From a virus: DNA of 64,000 nucleotides. The notes beneath the pieces were generated by a model. It saw nothing but the letters and a program-made list of their open reading frames with translations, made no database searches and was not told the origin of the DNA. Both the position numbers and the translations under genes were made by a program. Each line of letters opens with the position of its first letter. Positions within the stretch are counted from its first letter, which is position 1. This document shows positions 19,786-29,368 of this stretch, piece by piece. The DNA lies in IMG/VR virus record IMGVR_UViG_3300045988_047309, positions 2,082 through 66,081 of that record; one strand, 5' to 3'.

Positions 19786-20130
19786 ATGCTTTGGTTAAGA
19801 CCATTTACATGGGTGAATCGTAACGGCTCGGCGGCTATCGCTTCTACTGGTGTAAAGGTGAATACTACCGATGTGGTGTTCACCTTCAAAAACCACGCTT
19901 TCGTGAATGCCAACTACAGGGGTACGATTTTCGTAAACCTGATGCAGGCTATTCCGACTGGAACGACTGGTACGCTGCCTATCCTTTTCGAAACCAACGG
20001 AGCGACACAAGCTGTGAGCAAGTTCAATGGCGCACCATTGACGGTTGCAGATGTGCCTGGTACTGGAGTAGTTCAACTCTGGTTTGAGAGAGACACTAAC
20101 ACCCTTCAACTTATGACGGGTATTGTTTAA
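19786..20130 (+). CDS. small beta-rich protein, unknown function
   Basis: 114 aa with AAGGAGG 6 nt upstream of the ATG. Second gene of the same operon. Confidence 0.6.
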   Translation: MLWLRPFTWVNRNGSAAIASTGVKVNTTDVVFTFKNHAFVNANYRGTIFVNLMQAIPTGTTGTLPILFETNGATQAVSKFNGAPLTVADVPGTGVVQLWFERDTNTLQLMTGIV

Positions 20131-20157
20131 CAAGAATAGATAATAGGAGATTACATT

Positions 20158-20658
20158 ATGTTTCAAGGTTTAAGAACTAATTCCTTATTTTATGTTCTCG
20201 ACAAGGGCGAAAACCCGAATTTACGAATCGGTCAGGTGGTTTCGGTAAGCAATCCTCAGACGAAATACCCTACCTTTAACAACGGCTTTACTCCTCAGCC
20301 TATGGAGACTGTGGTTGATGTGAAGGTGAAGCTGGGTGACGAGGAAGTGGATTTCAAGCAATTGCCAGCAAACGGACAGATAGCCAACGACAAGAATCTT
20401 GTGGTTAGCGACAATAAGGATGCCATGAGTGCAGAGGTGGATACTATGCTGAGACAATCCAAGGCGATACTGGAGAGCGTAGATTACAACAAGAGGGTAG
20501 TAGAATCTTGTGAAGGAATGCTACAGCAACTCAACCCACAGATAGCCAAGGAGAAGGAACAGACCGAGAAAATCAACAAACTGGAAGGTAAGGTTTCAGG
20601 CATTGAGGGCAAGATTGACAAGATGATGGGATGGCTCCAGCAGACCATGAGCAAGTAA
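20158..20658 (+). CDS. hypothetical protein with C-terminal coiled coil
   Basis: 166 aa, co-oriented in the operon. C-terminus KEKEQTEKINKLEGKVSGIEGKIDKMMGWL. Confidence 0.6.
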   Translation: MFQGLRTNSLFYVLDKGENPNLRIGQVVSVSNPQTKYPTFNNGFTPQPMETVVDVKVKLGDEEVDFKQLPANGQIANDKNLVVSDNKDAMSAEVDTMLRQSKAILESVDYNKRVVESCEGMLQQLNPQIAKEKEQTEKINKLEGKVSGIEGKIDKMMGWLQQTMSK

Positions 20659-20689
20659 TCTCCTACCTATCTATTCATTTTAATATCTT

Positions 20690-20977
20690 ATGATTATGGT
20701 AATGATTGAGATTACAGAAGATAAGTTCGATGATTTGTATGACAACATCGAGTCTATGCTTGGTTTTGGCAGCAAGGCTATGTCTTGTCTGAAAAAGATG
20801 AAGCAGGAGCGTATGGGTGAACGTATGCCTGATTATCGTGACGATTGGAGAAGAGAACGTGAGGAGCGTGAAGAGCGTGAGAACAGACGTAGATTCAATA
20901 ACGTCAACGATGATTGGAACTACCCGAACCGCTATGGTGAAAGAGGTGGTGGCGGCTACAATGGTGGCGGTCGCTAA
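20690..20977 (+). CDS. small protein with R/E-rich and RGG-like C-terminus
   Basis: 95 aa, with ...RREREEREERENRRRF...GERGGGGYNGGGR. Confidence 0.5.
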   Translation: MIMVMIEITEDKFDDLYDNIESMLGFGSKAMSCLKKMKQERMGERMPDYRDDWRREREEREERENRRRFNNVNDDWNYPNRYGERGGGGYNGGGR

Positions 20978-21044
20978 TGTTTAACTTGGGAGTTTTGGTA
21001 GTGACATTTATGTCGGAACCAGACTCCCTTTAATATTCAGCAAT

Positions 21045-21473
21045 ATGGGAAAATGCAGAATGCCATTGGATATGTATGACATTAAGCCTGAGGGAATGGT
21101 TTCTTATCTCAGATACAATGGCTATCATTTCAGCAAGAAGATGTGCGAGTGGGCGGTAAGCCTGATGTATAAGTACGACCCTTCCTCCAAGCGTGATGTA
21201 AGTATCTCGTTTTGGGATAAGGAGAAGGTGGATGCCTTGTTGCTTGGTCAGGGAGTAGAGGTGAAGAATAAGATAGGCTACGACCATGTATATGTGGCGA
21301 ATATGGCGAGGGCAGACTTCTACAAGTCTTCCATCAAGGATGAGGAGCAGTTAGCTCAGTTTATCAAGGATATGGTTGATGATGCCGACCAGAAGGACGG
21401 TTTTATCTTTAACAGATTCTATGCCGACTGCTGCCATAACGGTGTACCTATTCCATGGGAAGATGTACTATGA
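21045..21473 (+). CDS. hypothetical protein, paralogue of 36371..36856
   Basis: 142 aa. Shares the pattern HF.K..(7)A.S.M...D...(N/M)..R.D...D.D with the ORF at 36371. Confidence 0.6.
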   Translation: MGKCRMPLDMYDIKPEGMVSYLRYNGYHFSKKMCEWAVSLMYKYDPSSKRDVSISFWDKEKVDALLLGQGVEVKNKIGYDHVYVANMARADFYKSSIKDEEQLAQFIKDMVDDADQKDGFIFNRFYADCCHNGVPIPWEDVL

Positions 21474-21853
21474 TCAGGAGAGCAATACAACTTCCGAAGT
21501 ACGATTGGAGCATAGTATGTTTCATAGGTTATCAGCCAGATGATGCCGATGAGATATGCCATGCTCTTTCTGATATAGGCTGCAACGGAAATCCGCTATC
21601 AGAAGCATACGAGCATCTGTCTTTATCGAGTGGAGATAGGGGACTTACCTATTCCAATCTATCAGGAAGAAGGAGTGTGCTTGCCATTGGGAAATGTGAA
21701 GCTGATAGCAGCATCATCAATACTATCGGGCATGAGCTTCTTCATGTGGTAGCACATATCTGTGAGCAGGATGGGATAGATATGATGAGCGAGGAGCCGT
21801 GTTATATCATGGGCAGCCTTTGCGAGCAGTTCTTCCAGGCAGTGCAACAATAA
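21470..21853 (+). CDS. small HExxH protein (putative mini-metallopeptidase)
   Basis: ATGA start/stop overlap with the previous gene. Contains TIGHELLHVVAH (HELLH). Confidence 0.5.
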   Translation: MIRRAIQLPKYDWSIVCFIGYQPDDADEICHALSDIGCNGNPLSEAYEHLSLSSGDRGLTYSNLSGRRSVLAIGKCEADSSIINTIGHELLHVVAHICEQDGIDMMSEEPCYIMGSLCEQFFQAVQQ

Positions 21854-21856
21854 AAA

Positions 21857-21888
21857 AGATAGGTAAAATTTAATCTACCTATCTTTTT
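21857..21888. terminator. bidirectional terminator hairpin (28-nt element, copy 1)
   Basis: AGATAGGTA / TACCTATCT 9-bp stem with T-runs on both strands, between convergent genes. A 25/28-identical copy lies at 26848-26875. Confidence 0.75.
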
Positions 21889-21908
21889 GTCTGTAAAGCG
21901 GTTTACTA

Positions 21909-22130
21909 TTATTGCCACAACAAAATATGAAAAACAGAACCTACTATTATCACAAAAGAGTATCTAATAATATCTTCCCACTCAAACTTTGCCAAGTGAT
22001 AGTGTTTGTACTGGTAATATTCCCTTACCACCATGATAGGCAAGGCAAGCAAACCTACCAATATACTGACAAGTAGCCAACAAGCAAGGCCAATCCAGTC
22101 TCGCTTGTTTAATTTTAACACATTCTTCAT
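21909..22130 (-). CDS. small two-TM membrane protein
   Basis: Starts MKNVLKL, with an ATGA overlap with the upstream stop. Two hydrophobic helices. Confidence 0.55.
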   Translation of the reverse strand: MKNVLKLNKRDWIGLACWLLVSILVGLLALPIMVVREYYQYKHYHLAKFEWEDIIRYSFVIIVGSVFHILLWQ

Positions 22131-22654
22131 AACGCACATGCCCAATAAGTAATATACACGTCAAGAAATCCTGCTACCTCTGCCATGTACCAGACAGGCT
22201 TACACTCGCCATCATCTTCCGAATAGCCCACAAGCAACAGATAGATAAATGCAAGAATCGCTGTAGGCACCCAGCACACAGACAGACACCAGCCAACGCA
22301 CCCTGCCGCAGCTACAATAGCCCCTCCTTTATGAATAGGGTAGGCATCGGCATCAAGATAATTTGGTGCAGCACCAACGAACATCAGTCCTCCACAGCCG
22401 ATAAAGGCGAGGCATTGAACACCCTTGCCTGTGTCGAGCAAAGGAATGAGCATCGATATTGCACACGTAACCATAACGGCCGTGAATACCCATCCATAGT
22501 TCCGCTTGCGCTTATCGCCAATTACCTCGCTGCCCGTGCAATCCTGTAGCTGGTAATACACGTCACTCACCATTGCAGGAACACCAAACCTCATTGCTGC
22601 AAGAAGCAGAAACCCTCCAAGTAAGAGGAAAGAAATAACACTCAGTATATACAT
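22127..22654 (-). CDS. five-TM integral membrane protein, unknown function (moron candidate)
   Basis: 175 aa, almost entirely hydrophobic helices. Lies downstream of the tail-fibre module. Confidence 0.6.
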   Translation of the reverse strand: MYILSVISFLLLGGFLLLAAMRFGVPAMVSDVYYQLQDCTGSEVIGDKRKRNYGWVFTAVMVTCAISMLIPLLDTGKGVQCLAFIGCGGLMFVGAAPNYLDADAYPIHKGGAIVAAAGCVGWCLSVCWVPTAILAFIYLLLVGYSEDDGECKPVWYMAEVAGFLDVYITYWACAL

Positions 22655-22712
22655 AGTCTTATTATTTTAGTTGTTAAACTACTATCATTTTGCTGACATC
22701 GGCAATATGATC

Positions 22713-23231
22713 CTACACACTCATCTCAAGCATCTTCGGGTAGCCTTTCTTGTAATCGTAAGCCTCTACCTCCTCAATGGTTGTCAGCTCACTTACAACC
22801 GCCTTGTGGCTTGCCGTAACGTTAAAGCACTCCAGGGCGTACATCTCAAGCACTGAGAGCAACTGAATAGCCTTGTCACAATCCACCACCAGTTTGATGC
22901 CTTTAAGCCACAGAGTTGTCGTTTGCTGTCCTGCCGCCTTGGCGATAGTGGTGGAGTTCATCAATCCCACACGAGTCGCCTTGTCAAGCCAAACAAGTAG
23001 TCCGTTCAGTATAAAGCCGTTCACCGATGATGAGGTATCGTAGGCTGTAATTTCAGCTATCTTCTCGACCTTTGCCTGTTCAAGCTTCTCTGACTCCGTA
23101 GGTACAGGCTCTTGATATTCCTTGTAGCCTGCCTGTCGCAGCATATCCTCTGTTGGGTTACACACCACGCATCCGTTTAACTCTATGGTGTCGGATGCAA
23201 AGACACCATTCTTAATCCATTTCTTTGTCAT
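22713..23231 (-). CDS. DUF4376-like protein (tail-fibre-associated/assembly type)
   Basis: 172 aa. KLEQAKVEKIAEITAYDTSSSVNGFILNG...WLDKATRVGL...ELTTIEEVEAYDY resembles the DUF4376 layout found next to phage tail fibres. Confidence 0.45.
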   Translation of the reverse strand: MTKKWIKNGVFASDTIELNGCVVCNPTEDMLRQAGYKEYQEPVPTESEKLEQAKVEKIAEITAYDTSSSVNGFILNGLLVWLDKATRVGLMNSTTIAKAAGQQTTTLWLKGIKLVVDCDKAIQLLSVLEMYALECFNVTASHKAVVSELTTIEEVEAYDYKKGYPKMLEMSV

Positions 23232-23260
23232 ACTTTATTTAATTCATTATTTAATTGTTA

Positions 23261-23869
23261 TTAACTTTTTGTAAATTCTATTTCATTAGAACTTGTATAG
23301 AACTTATTCTCAACTTTGTCTAATAGCCCTATCTTACCGTCGCTTCTGCGGCGAACAGGAATAAAGTCTCTAAGAAGCTTATTACCATTATAGATTCTTA
23401 CATAGTAAACAAAGCCATAACAAAACTTTTCATATAAGAAGAACAACTTTATCGTTCTGTTAGTAAAATAACTCTTTCTTCCTGCCTTAGGTGAAATAAG
23501 GTAATTATCATCCAATTTAGCCCAAAATTCATTTTCTCCGATTCCGTTTTGAAACTTGTATTCATGTGGCTCTGTTAGCAGCGTCTTGTAAAGATTGATA
23601 TTTTCGTAAACAGCACCGCAACCTTGAATAAAAGTATTAGTTGTTTCGCTTCCATTTTTTCCACTATAAAATCTATCTTTATCTCCAGTAGCCAAACTAC
23701 TTGACATAAAACGGAATGACCAAGGCACAAAAGAAGGAGCCGAGAATTTAATATGAAAGATATAATTTCCTTCAGGGAAACCAGTATCAACATATCCACC
23801 ATTAGTATATAAGCAATCCAAAATTTCATATTTTGTTTTGAATAACAGTTTTCTTCTTAAAGTTCTCAT
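23261..23869 (-). CDS. putative distal tail-fibre / receptor-binding protein
   Basis: 202 aa, AT-rich, beta-rich. ATGA overlap with the upstream tail-fibre gene. Confidence 0.4.
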   Translation of the reverse strand: MRTLRRKLLFKTKYEILDCLYTNGGYVDTGFPEGNYIFHIKFSAPSFVPWSFRFMSSSLATGDKDRFYSGKNGSETTNTFIQGCGAVYENINLYKTLLTEPHEYKFQNGIGENEFWAKLDDNYLISPKAGRKSYFTNRTIKLFFLYEKFCYGFVYYVRIYNGNKLLRDFIPVRRRSDGKIGLLDKVENKFYTSSNEIEFTKS

Positions 23870-25287
23870 ACACTTTCCTCCTCTGTATTAAGTCTCCACT
23901 CTTGACAAAGGCCATAGTACTTGCCACCTGTATATCTGATATTAAATTCGTAATGGGTATTTACATTTACGTTTGGCGTTTCTCCCCAAATTACGTTTGA
24001 TGGAAAAGTTATCGTTGGTGCAGTAACTCCTGTGTCAAAGCTACCTTGATACTCGTTGGTTATTGTAGTATCTGTTGGTGGTGTTAATGCAAGAGTGAGA
24101 GATTCTCCAATAGCTATATTATAAACCTTATTTGGTTCAAGTGTAACAGTATCACCACTTACGGGAACTTCTATGTTAGGTAACTTAACTAAATCGGTAT
24201 ATTTATTAACCTCTACCATAGCTACTTCCTTGCAGCTTTCTACTACTTTGTCCTGCAAAGTTTTTAGCTGCTCTGGGGTAAAGTCGTCATAGGTAAAAGC
24301 GTCTCCCTTATCACCAATATCTCCCTTTTCGCCTTTTATATTCTTAAAGTTGAAAGAAAGTTTTTGCTTGTTGTTTTCTACAGATTGATTTATCTCTACA
24401 GAAGGAGTTCCTACAGCATTATCTACACTTCCCTCAGCAGTAATATTGAGGTCTAAAGTTTTCTTAACTCCTGTTCTGTCTGTTACCTCAAAGATATTTC
24501 CTTCCGTGATAGTTGCATTGACTTTCTCTGCGCCAGTAGTAGCTTTATTAGTATTATCGGCAGCGGTATTAGCAGCGTTGATGGATGCAGTAAGGGCATT
24601 GAGGTCTATCTTGTCAAGTTTACCCTTGTCGGAAGGTGACATAAAGCCAGCACTACCAGGAGATATAAAAGGCTTGCTTTTTTCGCTGTCACTTAACTCG
24701 GAGTTAGAACGTGATGTGTTTGTTGGTGCTGTGGCTTTAGGGACAACAAGATATTGGTGTGAACCATCGGCAAACTCAATTCTGATAGCTGTTTCAGATG
24801 GTGTGTCATCATCGCCATTCCATGCATCATCCCAAACTGGATCGTAAAATTTCAACTTAGCCACAGCCCCAGCCTTTTTGACATACTCTTGAAGGTCGAA
24901 GGTAGGAACGAAGTCACCAAGTTTCTCCCATTTTGTTGCATCAACATCTCCAGCTAAATCGCCTGCGTCTGTCAGGTCACCTGTGTAGATGTATTCTGCG
25001 TATTTATTGTTATCGCCATCCTTGTTGCCCTTGAGGATATAGATATGTTTTTTGATGTTGCGAATATCAGTAGGGAGTTCTGTTACAACCTCAAAGAAGG
25101 TGGTGTCAAGGTTGCCCAACTGAGAGAGAGGGACATTACCGCCAGCATCAAGCGAGGCAATACCATTCGCTTTGCCTTTTGTGTTTGTAATTCCTTCCGC
25201 TGCTGCGTTTATCTTATCTCTGATACCAGAAAGAACCAATGCAAGTCCCTCTGCGTCAAGATAACTGTTATATGTTTCGTTACTCAT
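23866..25287 (-). CDS. tail fibre protein
   Basis: N-terminal ...KANGIASLDAGGNVPLSQLGNLD is typical of phage fibre N-termini. Also has a collagen-like KGEKGDIGDKGD. 473 aa. Confidence 0.7.
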   Translation of the reverse strand: MSNETYNSYLDAEGLALVLSGIRDKINAAAEGITNTKGKANGIASLDAGGNVPLSQLGNLDTTFFEVVTELPTDIRNIKKHIYILKGNKDGDNNKYAEYIYTGDLTDAGDLAGDVDATKWEKLGDFVPTFDLQEYVKKAGAVAKLKFYDPVWDDAWNGDDDTPSETAIRIEFADGSHQYLVVPKATAPTNTSRSNSELSDSEKSKPFISPGSAGFMSPSDKGKLDKIDLNALTASINAANTAADNTNKATTGAEKVNATITEGNIFEVTDRTGVKKTLDLNITAEGSVDNAVGTPSVEINQSVENNKQKLSFNFKNIKGEKGDIGDKGDAFTYDDFTPEQLKTLQDKVVESCKEVAMVEVNKYTDLVKLPNIEVPVSGDTVTLEPNKVYNIAIGESLTLALTPPTDTTITNEYQGSFDTGVTAPTITFPSNVIWGETPNVNVNTHYEFNIRYTGGKYYGLCQEWRLNTEEESV

Positions 25288-25304
25288 ATTTATAGCTATT
25301 TAAA

Positions 25305-25844
25305 TTAACCAAATGCTACTAAAAAACACTGCTGAATTTCACCGCTATTCAAAGGCTTGGCTACTCCTCCATTGTTATTAAGGAGACCAAGATTTGAACG
25401 GTCGTGGGTTTTGAAGCCTGCTGCCTCTACATTACCATAGAAAGAAGTGTCTCTCCAAATAGTTACCCATTGGGGAACAGATACACCTTGATCTTCGTCG
25501 TCATTAGCACCTATTGTAACTTCAGCATTTCTTAGATTAATAAAAACAGGAGAACTACTGTTTGACTCAATACTATTGACTCTATCTATACTATTACCAC
25601 CCATATCAAGAGTATTCTTCATGCTGTTGCCTCCATCCAGCCTGAGATATTCGTTTTTGAGTTTATCCCAAACAGCCTGAGCAATCTGCTCAATCTCTAT
25701 CTTATCCGTGGTATTCACCTTTCCATCAAGGGACTCTTTGATGGATTTACCAGTCTCTTCGTCCTTGATATACCTCGAATATGTCAGAGTCTCGTCTTTG
25801 CGTCCGCTAACAAGGATGCTGTTGTACTTTTTACTTTCTGCCAT
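25305..25844 (-). CDS. tail-fibre-like protein
   Basis: Start MAESKK lies 1 nt after the upstream stop. YLRLDGGNSMKNTLDMGGNSIDRV resembles the L.L.GG.M.G.L.M..N.I fibre motif. Confidence 0.5.
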   Translation of the reverse strand: MAESKKYNSILVSGRKDETLTYSRYIKDEETGKSIKESLDGKVNTTDKIEIEQIAQAVWDKLKNEYLRLDGGNSMKNTLDMGGNSIDRVNSIESNSSSPVFINLRNAEVTIGANDDEDQGVSVPQWVTIWRDTSFYGNVEAAGFKTHDRSNLGLLNNNGGVAKPLNSGEIQQCFLVAFG

Positions 25845-25845
25845 A

Positions 25846-26820
25846 TTATTCTTTAAGTTTAATTTGATATTCATTATCATCACCAGCTACCAGTTCGTCT
25901 GACCAGTAGTAGTAGAGGTCTCCCAATTTGGTGGTATTCAAAGAAGCCTCAAAACCACATTGGCTAAAGACAAGTGGCTGTCGGCTTGCGAACCAGATGT
26001 ATGGTTTTTCTTCCGTTGTTGCGATGGTTAGAGTCTGTCCGACAAGTGTACCTTCGTACATTGTGAGGTCTGACATGTTCAACTCGCCCATATTCTTGGC
26101 TGCTGATGCGCCATAATAGCTTGCCTTTACAGTTCCGCTTGCCGTGATGGTAACATAACCCGATACGGCAGGAATGAATACCTTATGAGTCGTACTATTG
26201 TAATATTCAACAGTAACGTCCTTTCCGTCCATAATAATCTTCACCTGACCGATACTAAAACCTTCGATTGGTAGGAACTCAGCCTCCAACTTCTTGCCGT
26301 TTTTGACAGTTCCGTTGATCACAAAATTCTCCTGATTTTCCACCATTTGAGTTTCGTCATTGATGGTGTAGCTGAACTTAGCGTTATCAACGATGAACGA
26401 TACCGGGCAAGTTGACTGATTGCTGGTCACGATGTAGTAACGAAGATTGAATAAGCCAGTATGCTCACCTTCTGTAACACCGATAGGAACATTGCTCATA
26501 GAGTTGTGCTCAACGATTCTCAGAAGGTTGCGCTCAATGCTGACCATTTCGCTACCATCATACTTCCATGACACCCTGACGTTGTAATTACCGCAATCAA
26601 GGGAAGAAGGAATGTCGCATATCAGTACATTCCCTTGGATTCCTGCCACTTGTACTGGAATGGAAATCGTATCGCAGCAAAAACCCGACAACTCAACCCT
26701 GATGTCGGTAGCCAGACTCATATCAAAGTCAACGAGTCGCTGGAACTCTTTCGATACGTCCATCTTCCGCACCAAGATGTGCAGTTTAAAACTATTACCT
26801 TTAACTATTTTATAAATCAT
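25846..26820 (-). CDS. virion structural protein with Ig-like beta domains (tail/baseplate candidate)
   Basis: 324 aa, beta-rich. First gene of the fibre operon, with a promoter box 25 nt upstream. Confidence 0.45.
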   Translation of the reverse strand: MIYKIVKGNSFKLHILVRKMDVSKEFQRLVDFDMSLATDIRVELSGFCCDTISIPVQVAGIQGNVLICDIPSSLDCGNYNVRVSWKYDGSEMVSIERNLLRIVEHNSMSNVPIGVTEGEHTGLFNLRYYIVTSNQSTCPVSFIVDNAKFSYTINDETQMVENQENFVINGTVKNGKKLEAEFLPIEGFSIGQVKIIMDGKDVTVEYYNSTTHKVFIPAVSGYVTITASGTVKASYYGASAAKNMGELNMSDLTMYEGTLVGQTLTIATTEEKPYIWFASRQPLVFSQCGFEASLNTTKLGDLYYYWSDELVAGDDNEYQIKLKE

Positions 26821-26844
26821 ATACGTATATTATTAATATATAAG

Positions 26845-26852
26845 CAAAGATA
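26845..26852 (-). promoter_or_regulatory. Bacteroidota -7 promoter box (TATCTTTG on minus strand)
   Basis: The + strand reads CAAAGATA. Lies 25 nt upstream of the ATG at 26820 and overlaps one arm of the 28-nt hairpin. Confidence 0.45.
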
Positions 26853-26875
26853 GGCAGAATTCAATCTACCTATCT
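26848..26875. repeat. 28-nt hairpin element, copy 2 (AGATAGGCAGAATTCAATCTACCTATCT)
   Basis: 25/28 identical to 21857-21884. AGATAGG/CCTATCT stem. Confidence 0.85.
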
Positions 26876-26892
26876 CTTATCCGTTAACCTTA

Positions 26893-27198
26893 CTAAATCA
26901 AGCCTTTCCATCTGAGGAACTTGCGCTTGCGGCTCTCCTTACCCTTCTTGCTCTTGCAGTTGGTGTGATAGACACAATCTCGGAACAGGTCCCTGACCAT
27001 CATGTCGTTGTCAACCAGTTTTGTTCTCTTGAACGTCTCGAAGAGAGAGCGGTTCATGATCATCAGATTACCCTTCTGCGTAGGAAGAACATAGAAGATT
27101 TCGCCATTGTTCTTCTTGGATGCGTAGTCAGCCTTAGCCGTAGCTTGGCGGTACATGATTTCGCACTTGATGCGCTTGAAAATCTTTGTTACTTTCAT
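26893..27198 (-). CDS. small basic protein, unknown function
   Basis: 101 aa, K/R-rich, immediately downstream of terL. Confidence 0.5.
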   Translation of the reverse strand: MKVTKIFKRIKCEIMYRQATAKADYASKKNNGEIFYVLPTQKGNLMIMNRSLFETFKRTKLVDNDMMVRDLFRDCVYHTNCKSKKGKESRKRKFLRWKGLI

Positions 27199-27223
27199 AA
27201 TCGTAATTATTAATTGTTTGAAA

Positions 27224-29368
27224 CTATATGATGGTCGCTGCCGAAACAGAAACCTTTCTTGTCATTACTCTTGCCTTATACTCTATCATCTTAGGCATTT
27301 CCATTTCATTGAAACAGATGTGGAGTCCGATGGCCCTCGTCATGAGCAAATCATCGTGCTTACCGTCTGCCGCCTCATACACCGTTCCATTCTTCTCGTA
27401 GGTGAGATATTCATCCAGGCATCTATCGTCACGCTCCACATAGAGTTGTTCACGGATAACCTGAACCAACACGGAGATAACCATTGGCTTGGTTGCCACA
27501 TTGGTATGGAATCCGTACTTCACTGGAACCTTATTCTTGATGTCCGACTCGCTCTGCTTGCGAGCATAGAGGTTGTCATATACACCCTTGATTTGATTCA
27601 GGATGAACTCAGACTGGTCGCCACCTTCCAAGATATGCTCCTTGTCTTTCGTCTCCAAGGTGTTGGACTCAATGACCAAAAGAGCATCGTTGTAGTATTT
27701 GGCTATCTGAGCCGCCTTCCACGCCAGCAAGTCCATATCAATGTGGCCATACCATTGCGCTACCACATACGGCTTGCCGCCTTCCATCATCCAATAGCGG
27801 TCGAATACACAGATAACAGACCAGTCGGCATTCTTGCTACGTCCACCAATATCCACAACAACCAGATAGCGGTTGATCACCTTGCAATCATCAAAGGTTT
27901 CAGGTTTGCTCCATATCCACAACTGACCCTGCTTATCCTCACAGAATCGGACATTCTGCATACACTTCTTACCCTTATATCCGTCACCATAAACATCACC
28001 GATGAACTTAGGCGCACGGCATCCCTTGCGGAACTTGTCAACCTTGTCTTCGGCAAACACCTTGGCACCTGAATGTTTGAATGCCTCAATATCATCAGTA
28101 GGGTAGCCAGCAGCCATATCGGCATGGTCGGTGAACTTCTTACGCTCGGCAATATACCAGTTGATGGCTTCGAGAGGAGCACCCAGCGTCCACAGCTTCC
28201 AAAGATAGGTGCCAGGCTCTTCTCGGTCGGACATCGTGTTGGTATTATTGCGGTTCTCGTATAGCCACTTAGCAAACTCCGTCTTCTGTTTCTTGCTCTC
28301 AAATTCAAGATGATACATATCGTATATCTCGTACCAGGGAACAAAGAATGGCTCAAACTGAGACTCACCCTTGACTGCTGCAAGCCACTCCTTGTGGAAG
28401 AAGTTGCCAGTACCATTGGCGGTGGATTCATAGGCAATCATCGTGTATGGTCGGTACAAGATACCATTGGTAGCATTCTGCACCACCTCCTCAGGGGATT
28501 TACCATCCGTCTTTTTCCACAAACCCACCTCGGAAAGGTGAACCAAGTTGTAGTCTTCACCATTGGCAGACAGCGGTCGTTCCATGGAACCCACCTTGAT
28601 CTTGCAGAATCGCTGAGGAACCTTCTTAACATTGCCCGATGTTCCCACACCCACAAACTTCGGCTCGTTCTCAGAGAACGCCTCACCCATATCGTAGAGG
28701 AACTTGGTAGGGAAGTTTTTCAGAGCTTCCTCGAACATACCACGGATAGTTTCAGCCGTGTCCTTGACCTGAGCCACGATGAGCGAGTTGAGGCCCTTCT
28801 GCCACATGAGTTGCAGCCAGAGGAAGTACATCTGAATAACCGTAGAGCCACCCCACTGTCTTGCTTTCAGCAGGATAAGACGGATAGGTCGATTCTTCTT
28901 TCTTCGTTCCTCCAGCCATCTGAGCAATCTTCGCTGCGGTCTTCTGAGCACAAAACGGAAGGGGAGACCTCCACCTTTTGGTTTGATATAGATAAACGTG
29001 GCAAAGAAGAAGAAAGGGTCATGTTTCATCCTGATGCGAGTAAACTGCTCCACCAGTTGCTCCATTTCTTCCTCTATATTGTATGGCTCGTCTATATCCT
29101 TATGTAGTTCCTCAATTACCGCCTTGCAGCTACCGAACTCGATGAGCATCTTAACGAGCGGAATCTTCTTCATCGAGACAGGAAGCTGTTGGCATTGAAT
29201 CGGGAAATCAGGAAGAACAAGCGCAAATCGCTTGTCTCCACAACCTTCACCCTTGATGGGATTGAATGGTGTGTTGATTTTCTTTATTCGTTTCTCGTTC
29301 TCTTTCAGGATGCTCAATACGTGTTTATCGAGTGCATCAGTCAGTTTTGCGGTTACTTGTCTTGGCAT
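27224..29368 (-). CDS. terL: terminase large subunit
   Basis: 714 aa. LILLKARQWGGSTVIQ (Walker-A-like K.RQ.G.S), and a C-terminal RNaseH-like nuclease pattern (VVVDIGGRSKNADWSVICVF...LLVIESN). Confidence 0.85.
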   Translation of the reverse strand: MPRQVTAKLTDALDKHVLSILKENEKRIKKINTPFNPIKGEGCGDKRFALVLPDFPIQCQQLPVSMKKIPLVKMLIEFGSCKAVIEELHKDIDEPYNIEEEMEQLVEQFTRIRMKHDPFFFFATFIYIKPKGGGLPFRFVLRRPQRRLLRWLEERRKKNRPIRLILLKARQWGGSTVIQMYFLWLQLMWQKGLNSLIVAQVKDTAETIRGMFEEALKNFPTKFLYDMGEAFSENEPKFVGVGTSGNVKKVPQRFCKIKVGSMERPLSANGEDYNLVHLSEVGLWKKTDGKSPEEVVQNATNGILYRPYTMIAYESTANGTGNFFHKEWLAAVKGESQFEPFFVPWYEIYDMYHLEFESKKQKTEFAKWLYENRNNTNTMSDREEPGTYLWKLWTLGAPLEAINWYIAERKKFTDHADMAAGYPTDDIEAFKHSGAKVFAEDKVDKFRKGCRAPKFIGDVYGDGYKGKKCMQNVRFCEDKQGQLWIWSKPETFDDCKVINRYLVVVDIGGRSKNADWSVICVFDRYWMMEGGKPYVVAQWYGHIDMDLLAWKAAQIAKYYNDALLVIESNTLETKDKEHILEGGDQSEFILNQIKGVYDNLYARKQSESDIKNKVPVKYGFHTNVATKPMVISVLVQVIREQLYVERDDRCLDEYLTYEKNGTVYEAADGKHDDLLMTRAIGLHICFNEMEMPKMIEYKARVMTRKVSVSAATII

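Noticed and set aside
27155-29107. + strand ORFs 27155..28072 and 28310..29107
   Set aside because: They are antisense shadows of terL, whose terminase motifs identify the true coding strand.
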